Origin: Escherichia phage VEcB
Reading direction: 5' to 3' (one strand)
Length of the DNA: 64,000 nt
Sequence record: NC_052663.1
Shown here piece by piece: positions 18,720-23,905 of the stretch. Made by a program: the position numbers and the translations under genes. Position 1 is the stretch's first letter. Each line of letters opens with the position of its first letter. The notes beneath the pieces were generated by a model that was not told the origin of the DNA, ran no database searches, and worked only from the letters and a program-made list of their open reading frames with translations.

Positions 18720-18986
18720 ATGACAGAACGTACTTATGGTAAAGAATTGATTGAGAAGCACGTATTGATTGATAATAAAGGTGGAGCAATCTTTATTTTT
18801 GAACCTGAATCAGTTCTTACTGAAAACGAAAATGGTAGCGTTAGCCTTAAAACAGAAAGTTTGGTAATTGACTTCCTTGCTCTTCTGGATGAAATGGGGC
18901 TTCCTCACGAAGAAGAAGCAGCTATTGCTTTGATTGCAGTTCTTCTGGAGAAACGCGAAGCTGGTGAAATGACCCAGTATGCTTAA
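18720..18986 (+). CDS. hypothetical protein
   Basis: 88 aa; AAAGGAG RBS. Confidence 0.45.
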   Translation: MTERTYGKELIEKHVLIDNKGGAIFIFEPESVLTENENGSVSLKTESLVIDFLALLDEMGLPHEEEAAIALIAVLLEKREAGEMTQYA

Positions 18987-18993
18987 TATTCAA

Positions 18994-19069
18994 GGTTCCA
19001 TAGCTCACTGACGAGAGCGCACACCTCATAAGTGTCGAGGGCAGGGATTGTAACCCTGGGGAACCACCA
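18994..19069 (+). tRNA. tRNA with anticodon CAT (Met or Ile2), atypical T-loop
   Basis: hand fold: acceptor GGTTCCA/GGGAACC, D-stem GCTC/GAGC, anticodon loop CTCATAA, T-loop ATTGTAA, encoded CCA. Confidence 0.5.
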
Positions 19070-19100
19070 TTTAAAAGGAGGTGCTATGCATCTCCTATAT

Positions 19101-19186
19101 GCAAGTGTGGTGGAATTGGTGATACACATTGTGCTTAAAACGCAACGCTTAAATGATTGAGGGTTCGAATCCCTCCACTTGCACCA
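19101..19186 (+). tRNA. tRNA-Leu (anticodon TAA), type II
   Basis: acceptor GCAAGTG/CACTTGC, anticodon loop CTTAAAA, long variable arm, T-arm GAGGGTTCGAATCCCTC, CCA. Confidence 0.75.
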
Positions 19187-19188
19187 AC

Positions 19189-19297
19189 GCCTAGTAGGGT
19201 ATTTGGTAATTCCGAGGCCATCAAAGCCTGAAAAATATGTTAGACCGTTTTGTCTAACTAAATACGAAATATGGTTCGATTCCATAACTAGGCTCCC
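19189..19297 (+). tRNA. atypical tRNA-like element; anticodon-like loop CATCAAA (TCA) with about 40-nt variable region; possibly pseudogene
   Basis: perfect 7-bp acceptor GCCTAGT/ACTAGGC and T-arm TATGGTTCGATTCCATA, but 4-bp anticodon stem, A at position 33, internal 7-bp hairpin GTTAGAC/GTCTAAC, no CCA. Confidence 0.35.
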
Positions 19298-19329
19298 GAT
19301 TTAAATAGTAATTTTTTAATAAAAATATC

Positions 19330-19358
19330 TTGACATTTACTTAGTTTTTTGTTATAGT
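19330..19358 (+). promoter_or_regulatory. sigma70-like promoter TTGACA-N17-TATAGT
   Basis: -35 at 19330-19335, -10 at 19353-19358, immediately upstream of a tRNA-like element. Confidence 0.5.
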
Positions 19359-19369
19359 TACTATGAAAA

Positions 19370-19451
19370 CGGGGTGTATCTCACCTGACTTCTAATCAGG
19401 CGTTAACCGAGTAATTGGAGTATGCAGGTTCGAATCCTGTCACCCCGGCCA
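19370..19451 (+). tRNA. atypical tRNA-like element (canonical acceptor, T-arm and CCA; anticodon-like loop CTTCTAA; no recognisable D-arm)
   Basis: acceptor CGGGGTG/CACCCCG, T-arm GCAGGTTCGAATCCTGT, hairpin CCTGA-CTTCTAA-TCAGG, GNRA hairpin CCGA-GTAA-TTGG; D region only 7 nt. Confidence 0.35.
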
Positions 19452-19469
19452 AAAAGTTTTAAAAACTAC

Positions 19470-19499
19470 TTGACAAGCAAGATAGTTTTATGTTAGATT
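19470..19499 (+). promoter_or_regulatory. sigma70-like promoter TTGACA-N18-TAGATT
   Basis: -35 at 19470-19475 upstream of tRNA-Ser. Confidence 0.4.
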
Positions 19500-19514
19500 T
19501 AAAGTATGGTAACA

Positions 19515-19604
19515 GGAAGGTAGGGCGCAGCGGTGCGCAACCAGGTTTGAACCCTGGCCCATTGTAGCGATACGGTGATGGTTCGACTCCATTATCTTCC
19601 TCCA
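19515..19604 (+). tRNA. tRNA-Ser (anticodon TGA), type II
   Basis: acceptor GGAAGGT/ATCTTCC, anticodon arm CCAGG-TTTGAAC-CCTGG, long variable arm, T-loop TTCGACT, CCA. Confidence 0.7.
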
Positions 19605-19610
19605 AATTCA

Positions 19611-19775
19611 ATGAGTGATTTTATGAATTATAAAACTATTGGACAGGTTGTTACCGGAGTTAAGATTGTAAATAATAAAGTTGTTTATGAGTATTCTAAT
19701 CTTCAACAATCTGAAGATGGTAAGAATATTCGTATGGTAAAAGCAGAACAAAAAGATTCCGGTTGTTTTGAATAA
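19611..19775 (+). CDS. small hypothetical protein inside tRNA island (start uncertain)
   Basis: track ORF 19575-19775 begins inside tRNA-Ser; first ATG outside the tRNA is at 19611; no clear RBS. Confidence 0.25.
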   Translation: MSDFMNYKTIGQVVTGVKIVNNKVVYEYSNLQQSEDGKNIRMVKAEQKDSGCFE

Positions 19776-19783
19776 TTAAAAAC

Positions 19784-19869
19784 GGTAGATTGGTGAAATG
19801 GTAGCCACAACAGTTTGCTAAACTGTCGTCGGAAACGGCGTGTAGGTTCAAGTCCTACATCTACCGCCA
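19784..19869 (+). tRNA. tRNA-Ser (anticodon GCT), type II
   Basis: acceptor GGTAGAT/ATCTACC, 3-bp D-stem, anticodon loop TTGCTAA, long variable arm, T-arm GTAGGTTCAAGTCCTAC, G73, CCA. Confidence 0.7.
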
Positions 19870-19997
19870 AGTTATCTTTAATGTAGCGTTGAGGCTACTT
19901 ACTTTAGCAGAGTAAACTTTCGGCAGATGGTGGCAGCCATTTTACCGATACCTCATAGTCAGTGCCGCAAACACTGGCTATTTTAAAGATAATTTAT
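19870..19997 (+). ncRNA. structured non-coding region without tRNA T-arm (possible small stable RNA)
   Basis: hairpins GTAGC-N6-GCTAC and CAGTG-CCGCAAA-CACTG; no ORF; lies between tRNA genes. Confidence 0.25.
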
Positions 19998-20072
19998 ACA
20001 TCGTTAGCTTAGTTGGTAGAGCAAGGGCTTTTAACTCCAAGGTCGAAGGTTCGAATCCTTCACGATGTACCA
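19998..20072 (+). tRNA. tRNA-Lys (anticodon TTT), weak anticodon stem
   Basis: acceptor ACATCGT/ACGATGT, D-arm GCTTAGTTGGTAGAGC, loop CTTTTAA, T-arm GAAGGTTCGAATCCTTC, CCA; anticodon stem has two mismatches. Confidence 0.6.
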
Positions 20073-20077
20073 AACAC

Positions 20078-20164
20078 GTAGGTATCGCATAGCGGCAATT
20101 GCTGGAGACTGTAAATCTCCTGCCCTTCGGGGCTTCGTTGGTTCGAGTCCAACTACCTGCACCA
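20078..20164 (+). tRNA. tRNA-Tyr (anticodon GTA), type II
   Basis: acceptor GTAGGTA/TACCTGC, anticodon arm GGAGA-CTGTAAA-TCTCC, variable hairpin GCCC-TTCG-GGGC, T-loop TTCGAGT, A73, CCA. Confidence 0.75.
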
Positions 20165-20171
20165 AATTAAA

Positions 20172-20256
20172 GATGGATTGGCCTAGTGGTTGGGCGACGG
20201 ACTGTTAATCCGTGAACGAAAGTTCTAGCAAGGTTCAAATCCTTGATCCATCGCCA
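20172..20256 (+). tRNA. type II (long variable arm) tRNA carrying Asn anticodon GTT
   Basis: acceptor GATGGAT/ATCCATC, D-stem GCC/GGC, anticodon arm ACGGA-CTGTTAA-TCCGT, 15-nt variable arm with GAAC-GAAA-GTTC hairpin, T-arm CAAGGTTCAAATCCTTG, G73, CCA. Confidence 0.6.
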
Positions 20257-20260
20257 AATA

Positions 20261-20328
20261 GTGCTTGTAGAGTTAATAGAAACCTCTAGAATTTTCTAGA
20301 ATTGTAGGTATCAAATCCTACCAAGCAA
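20261..20328 (+). pseudogene. degenerate tRNA-like remnant
   Basis: acceptor-like GTGCTTG...CAAGCA, T-arm-like GTAGG-TATCAAAT-CCTAC (8-nt loop), palindrome TCTAGA-ATTT-TCTAGA in place of anticodon arm. Confidence 0.3.
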
Positions 20329-20335
20329 ATATTTT

Positions 20336-20410
20336 GCTCCTATCGTATAACGGCTATTACGGTTGCCTTGTAAGCAACTTATCAGGGTTCGAGTCCTTGT
20401 GGGAGCACCA
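20336..20410 (+). tRNA. tRNA-Thr (anticodon TGT)
   Basis: acceptor GCTCCTA/TGGGAGC, anticodon arm GTTGC-CTTGTAA-GCAAC, T-loop TTCGAGT, CCA. Confidence 0.75.
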
Positions 20411-20427
20411 ATTTTAACTCTAAAGGA

Positions 20428-20757
20428 GTGTATGTGACAGAAAAAGAGTTAGAGAAATATTTTAATATCAATGTTTTCGATGGTTTTGATGATATTGAAG
20501 ATGTTGAAAGATATTATGAAGTAGAGTTAGATAGGGATAACATTGTAATTCTTTCTGCCACTTATGATTGTGCATATTATGAAGGCGAATCTCACGTTTA
20601 TTTTTATGATATGAAAACATCTTTGTTTTATGAAGTACACGCATATCATTGTTCTTGTTATGGCTTAGAAGGTCAGTGGGAACCTGAAGAAATAGGTGAT
20701 TTGGACTTTACTATTGCATATCTAAACAGACGTGGTTCATCTACTATTTTAAAATAA
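20428..20757 (+). CDS. hypothetical protein (GTG start at 20428 or 20434)
   Basis: 109 aa ORF directly after tRNA-Thr; AAAGGAG RBS abuts the GTG. Confidence 0.4.
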   Translation: MYVTEKELEKYFNINVFDGFDDIEDVERYYEVELDRDNIVILSATYDCAYYEGESHVYFYDMKTSLFYEVHAYHCSCYGLEGQWEPEEIGDLDFTIAYLNRRGSSTILK

Positions 20758-20771
20758 ATATCAAAAGCCTC

Positions 20772-20801
20772 TTGACAAAGGGGCTAATAATATGTTAGAG
20801 T
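20772..20801 (+). promoter_or_regulatory. sigma70-like promoter TTGACA-N18-TAGAGT
   Basis: -35 at 20772-20777 upstream of tRNA-Gly. Confidence 0.4.
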
Positions 20802-20812
20802 AATATTGTTAA

Positions 20813-20887
20813 GCGGGTATAGTGTTAATGGTAGCATATGAGGTTTCCACCCTCCAGGTGCAGGTTCAAGTCCTGTTACTCGCTCCA
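20813..20887 (+). tRNA. tRNA-Gly (anticodon TCC)
   Basis: acceptor GCGGGTA/TACTCGC, anticodon loop TTTCCAC, T-arm GCAGGTTCAAGTCCTGT, CCA. Confidence 0.6.
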
Positions 20888-20901
20888 AGATTATTTAAAT
20901 G

Positions 20902-20967
20902 GAATCGCTAGAGAAAATTTCTCTTTTTGCTCATGGTTTTCTCCTTCAAACTCTAGCGGTTCTTTTT
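20902..20967 (+). other. long imperfect hairpin (12-bp stem, about 37-nt loop) followed by T run
   Basis: GAATCGCTAGAG at 20902-20913 pairs with CTCTAGCGGTTC at 20951-20962 (11 of 12), then TCTTTTT. Confidence 0.3.
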
Positions 20968-20986
20968 AAGTGATTTTTTAGTTTAT

Positions 20987-21061
20987 TGGAGATTAGCCTA
21001 GTGGGAAGGCAACGGCCTTTGAAGTCGTGATGACTAGGTTCGATTCCTAGATCTCCAGCCA
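20987..21061 (+). tRNA. tRNA-Gln (anticodon TTG)
   Basis: acceptor TGGAGAT/ATCTCCA (U1-A72), anticodon arm ACGGC-CTTTGAA-GTCGT, T-arm CTAGGTTCGATTCCTAG, CCA. Confidence 0.7.
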
Positions 21062-21103
21062 ATTAATTGCATAGCATGAGTATTTCTCATTGGTTAAAAG
21101 GAG

Positions 21104-21469
21104 ATGCAAGTGAATTGTGAACATTGTGGTAGTGAGTTTACTTTGATAAAAGGTCATGGTGGACAAAACAGATTATACTGTTACACTTGTATTCCAGAAG
21201 GTTTAGATAAACAAGTACACACAAGATTACATCAAGAGCTTAGAAGAGAGCGATCTCATAGGATGAAACTTGATTTAGGTTGCAAAGTGTGTGGTTATGC
21301 TAAATGTGCAGTAGCACTAGAATGGCATCACCCAGAGGACGATAAGAAACACAATCCATCAAATGCAATCAAAAGATCTTGGTCTGCTTACTTAGAAGAG
21401 ACTGAAAAGTGTATCTTACTATGTGCCAATTGTCATAGAGAAGTACATGCTGGTCTTATACAGGTTTAA
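21104..21469 (+). CDS. HNH endonuclease (small, inside tRNA island)
   Basis: 121 aa; Cys pairs CEHCG and CYTC, C-terminal LLCANCHREVH HNH motif. Confidence 0.55.
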   Translation: MQVNCEHCGSEFTLIKGHGGQNRLYCYTCIPEGLDKQVHTRLHQELRRERSHRMKLDLGCKVCGYAKCAVALEWHHPEDDKKHNPSNAIKRSWSAYLEETEKCILLCANCHREVHAGLIQV

Positions 21470-21470
21470 T

Positions 21471-21546
21471 CAGTGCGTAGCGCAGTTGGTAGCGTGGGAG
21501 CCTTGGACGCTTCAGGTCGCAGGTTCGAGTCCTGCCGCACTGACCA
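21471..21546 (+). tRNA. tRNA-Pro (anticodon TGG)
   Basis: acceptor CAGTGCG/CGCACTG, D-arm GCGCAGTTGGTAGCGT, anticodon loop CTTGGAC, T-loop TTCGAGT, CCA. Confidence 0.7.
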
Positions 21547-21551
21547 AATTT

Positions 21552-21626
21552 GCAGAGATAGCTGAGACGGATTAGTGCTACCCTGAAAAGGTAGAAAGGA
21601 TGGATCGTTACCATCTCTCTGCACCA
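21552..21626 (+). tRNA. tRNA-Phe (anticodon GAA), atypical T-loop
   Basis: acceptor GCAGAGA/TCTCTGC, anticodon arm CTACC-CTGAAAA-GGTAG, T-arm GATGG-ATCGTTA-CCATC, CCA. Confidence 0.6.
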
Positions 21627-21703
21627 AATAACACCATCCAAGGAGTAGACTTGGTTAACTGTCAATAGCACATTGAGGCTTCTTACAGTGGTGTACTTAT
21701 TAT

Positions 21704-21788
21704 GGCTAAGTGGTGGAATGGTATACACGATACGCTTAGAACGTATTGCCCCAAGGGATTGTGAGTTCGAGTCTCACCTTAGCTACCA
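21704..21788 (+). tRNA. tRNA-Leu (anticodon TAG), type II
   Basis: acceptor GGCTAAG/CTTAGCT, anticodon arm ATACG-CTTAGAA-CGTAT, long variable arm, T-arm GTGAGTTCGAGTCTCAC, CCA. Confidence 0.7.
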
Positions 21789-21803
21789 AATTATTACAGA
21801 TTG

Positions 21804-21881
21804 TGCGGGATAGAGGAGTCTGGTCGTCCTCGCCAGTTTCATATGCTGGAGATCATCGGTTCGAATCCGATTCCCGCCTCC
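21804..21881 (+). tRNA. tRNA-Met (anticodon CAT)
   Basis: acceptor TGCGGGA/TCCCGCC with mismatched 1:72 pair, anticodon arm CCAGT-TTCATAT-GCTGG, T-arm ATCGGTTCGAATCCGAT, CCA. Confidence 0.65.
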
Positions 21882-21940
21882 AATAAATACCTCCCTTCTG
21901 GTGTAATGATTAAGTTACATTGACACTTCAAGGAAATCAT

Positions 21941-22023
21941 AGCCGGGTAGATTTAAAAGAGTATGGTACTCAATATGGCTCCAAACCATAGATCAAGGGG
22001 TTCGATTCCTCACCTTGCTGCCA
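21941..22023 (+). tRNA. tRNA-Trp-like (anticodon CCA); 5' boundary uncertain
   Basis: anticodon arm TATGG-CTCCAAA-CCATA, T-arm AGGGGTTCGATTCCTCA, acceptor 3' CCTTGCT-G-CCA; 5' acceptor AGCCGGG pairs 6 of 7; extra 9-11 nt before D-stem. Confidence 0.4.
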
Positions 22024-22028
22024 ATTAT

Positions 22029-22104
22029 TGTGGTATCGTACAGATGGTTAGTACACTCGACCGATAATCGAGAAACAACGGTTCGACTCCGTTTACCACG
22101 ACCA
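22029..22104 (+). tRNA. tRNA-Ile (anticodon GAT)
   Basis: acceptor TGTGGTA/TACCACG, D-stem GTAC/GTAC, anticodon arm CTCGA-CCGATAA-TCGAG, T-arm AACGGTTCGACTCCGTT, CCA. Confidence 0.7.
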
Positions 22105-22215
22105 AACTCCGTGCCAGCGGTGTCTTCGAAGAACAAGCCTAGTTCCTTCTGAGATGGAGGGGTGCGACTCCTTAACGCACAACATACTACTACTAAATAC
22201 TTATCAGGAGATATC

Positions 22216-22485
22216 ATGTATACTTTAAAAGTAATTCGCAAGTTTCCTCAAGAAGAGGAAGTAAGAATTTATAACACTGTACCATTCGTAGTAAATGAAG
22301 AAGAATTCTTTTATTGCTTAGAAGATGAAGTAATTATTCAATATCATTGGGAAGGTTACGACAGACAAGATGGTGTTGTAGCTTCTGTGCTTGCTGGTGA
22401 TAGAGTGTTATTCATTCACAAGACTGAATCAGCATATTTAATGAATGATAAAGGACAAACTGTTAAAGTAATTAACAGACCATAA
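22216..22485 (+). CDS. hypothetical protein
   Basis: ATG at 22216 with CAGGAG RBS preferred over track GTG at 22162, which would run through tRNA-like sequence. Confidence 0.45.
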   Translation: MYTLKVIRKFPQEEEVRIYNTVPFVVNEEEFFYCLEDEVIIQYHWEGYDRQDGVVASVLAGDRVLFIHKTESAYLMNDKGQTVKVINRP

Positions 22486-22498
22486 AGAATTTTATAAA

Positions 22499-22523
22499 AG
22501 CCTCCTCTTTGGAGGTTTTTTAT
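22499..22523 (+). terminator. rho-independent terminator
   Basis: CCTCC-TCTTT-GGAGG followed by TTTTTT. Confidence 0.6.
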
Positions 22524-22591
22524 TATCTATAAAATAAAGATCTTTACAAAACGTATAAAATATGTTATCCTTAAGTAAGGAGGTGCATATT

Positions 22592-22882
22592 ATGCCTAAA
22601 TTGAAAAGAGGTCGAGGTAGACCTACAGCCGAAATGCAACAGATTTATGCTATGGATGCTGCACAGGCGCAAGTAAAAGAAATTTTTGCTGGTCGTTATT
22701 TAGATGCTATGCGTTACATTGCAGATCTTGTTGTAGATGAAAAGGCTTCTGCTAATATTAAGTTGACTGCTTCTAAGATCATCAAAGAACAAGTAGAAGA
22801 ATGGCTGGAAGAACATTATGAATCTATGGAAGAAGAAGATATTCTTCCAGAAAATTCTCCCCCTCAAAAAATCGTTATCTAA
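22592..22882 (+). CDS. hypothetical protein (basic N-terminus KRGRGRPT)
   Basis: ATG at 22592 with AAGGAGG RBS; followed by two hairpins. Confidence 0.45.
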   Translation: MPKLKRGRGRPTAEMQQIYAMDAAQAQVKEIFAGRYLDAMRYIADLVVDEKASANIKLTASKIIKEQVEEWLEEHYESMEEEDILPENSPPQKIVI

Positions 22883-22928
22883 TTCTCCTCTCTTGGGAAC
22901 TTTGTTCCCCCCCTCTCCTTGTTAATTA

Positions 22929-22962
22929 ACACCCCTTTCCGAAAGGTTAGGGGGTTTTTTAT
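22929..22962 (+). terminator. rho-independent terminator
   Basis: ACCCCT...AGGGGG hairpin followed by TTTTTTATTT. Confidence 0.5.
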
Positions 22963-23230
22963 TTATACCTATTGCTTTTATATATGTTTTTATGATATGA
23001 TTAATACAGGAGGACTATAAAATGAGAAACTATGTAGCTAAACACGATTTTAATAGAGCCTCTTATCACAGAGATAAGAAGAACAGTTATTCGCGTAAAT
23101 GGGATCTGGAGGAAGAGTTAGACTATGATTACAGAAGAACAATGGAAGGAGATTTTGGAGAATGCACAACCGATGGTAGTGAAGAAGATAGTTAATAATT
23201 CACCAAATCTGCCTAAAGTAAAATTTAAAG

Positions 23231-23662
23231 ATGATGATACTGACTATGTTAATAAACCTACTGAAGAATAAATGGGTTAGGTATTTTGTTCTTATTATAG
23301 CACTGTTTGGTGGTTTGTATGTTGGTTTAAACAAATTACACGATGACGTGTATGCACAAGGCTATAATGCAGGTGTTGCTAAACAAGAACAAATATTACA
23401 ACAAAACCAAATTAAAGCAAAACAGCAATTCGATATCTTACAAGCAAAAGCAGATTCAGAAAGATCTAAATTGAATGAAAAAATTCATTCGTTAACGAAA
23501 GAAAGAAATGATCTTCTTACACAACTGGATAAGAAGAGTAATAACATAACACAAGAGAGAATAGATTATGCGAAAACATCTTCTGGCGCTATGTCTTGTT
23601 TTAGCCCTAATGATGACGGGTTGCGCATCATCAACAACAGCTTCCCAGCCTCTACTGATTGA
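23231..23662 (+). CDS. putative i-spanin (Rz-like): N-terminal TM helix plus coiled coil
   Basis: 143 aa; TM segment FVLIIALFGGLYVGL then Gln/Lys-rich helical region. Confidence 0.4.
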   Translation: MMILTMLINLLKNKWVRYFVLIIALFGGLYVGLNKLHDDVYAQGYNAGVAKQEQILQQNQIKAKQQFDILQAKADSERSKLNEKIHSLTKERNDLLTQLDKKSNNITQERIDYAKTSSGAMSCFSPNDDGLRIINNSFPASTD

Positions 23663-23897
23663 GCAGTGTAAAGCTGTAGCAACACAACAAATAAAAGCCC
23701 CTGATTCTGTCAGTATGGAAAAACCATCTACCCCTGTTTTATATACCCCTAATCAAATAAAGAAAGGAGTTACAAGATCAGAGGTAGTTGATAATCAAAC
23801 TTTAAACAACGCTTTGTGGGAAAAAGATAGGATAAAACTTATCAGTTTACAAAACTATATTAAAACATTACAAAGCGAAGGAATAATTTCTAATTAG
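23568..23897 (+). CDS. putative o-spanin (Rz1-like outer-membrane lipoprotein), overlapping the 3' end of upstream gene in another frame
   Basis: 109 aa; lipoprotein signal MRKHLLALCLVLALMMTGC. Confidence 0.45.
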   Translation: MRKHLLALCLVLALMMTGCASSTTASQPLLIEQCKAVATQQIKAPDSVSMEKPSTPVLYTPNQIKKGVTRSEVVDNQTLNNALWEKDRIKLISLQNYIKTLQSEGIISN

Positions 23898-23905
23898 GAG
23901 GAGAT

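Noticed and set aside
19094-19165. 23-codon ORF with GGAGG upstream, inside tRNA-Leu(TAA)
   Set aside because: Entirely within a well-formed tRNA gene; the Shine-Dalgarno-like sequence is coincidental
18983-19285. Minus-strand ORF of 100 aa from the six-frame track
   Set aside because: Lies antisense across three tRNA or tRNA-like genes and has no RBS; almost certainly spurious
19189-19297. Calling the UCA element a functional opal suppressor or selenocysteine tRNA
   Set aside because: A at position 33, a 4-bp anticodon stem and a 40-nt insertion make function doubtful; reported only as an atypical tRNA-like element
19575-19775. Track ORF starting at GTG 19575
   Set aside because: The start lies inside the T-arm of tRNA-Ser(TGA); if real the gene begins at a downstream ATG
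15269-20801. Recurring TTGACA plus 17-18 bp elements as a possible repeat array or CRISPR
   Set aside because: They are irregularly spaced, have no conserved repeat-spacer unit and match sigma70 promoter geometry; no CRISPR array exists in the window
21456-21728. Minus-strand ORF of 90 aa
   Set aside because: Antisense to tRNA-Pro, tRNA-Phe and tRNA-Leu; spurious
21993-22241. Minus-strand ORF of 82 aa
   Set aside because: Antisense to tRNA-Trp-like and tRNA-Ile genes; spurious
22162-22485. Track ORF starting at GTG 22162
   Set aside because: The first 18 codons overlap a tRNA-like remnant; the ATG at 22216 with a CAGGAG RBS is the more plausible start
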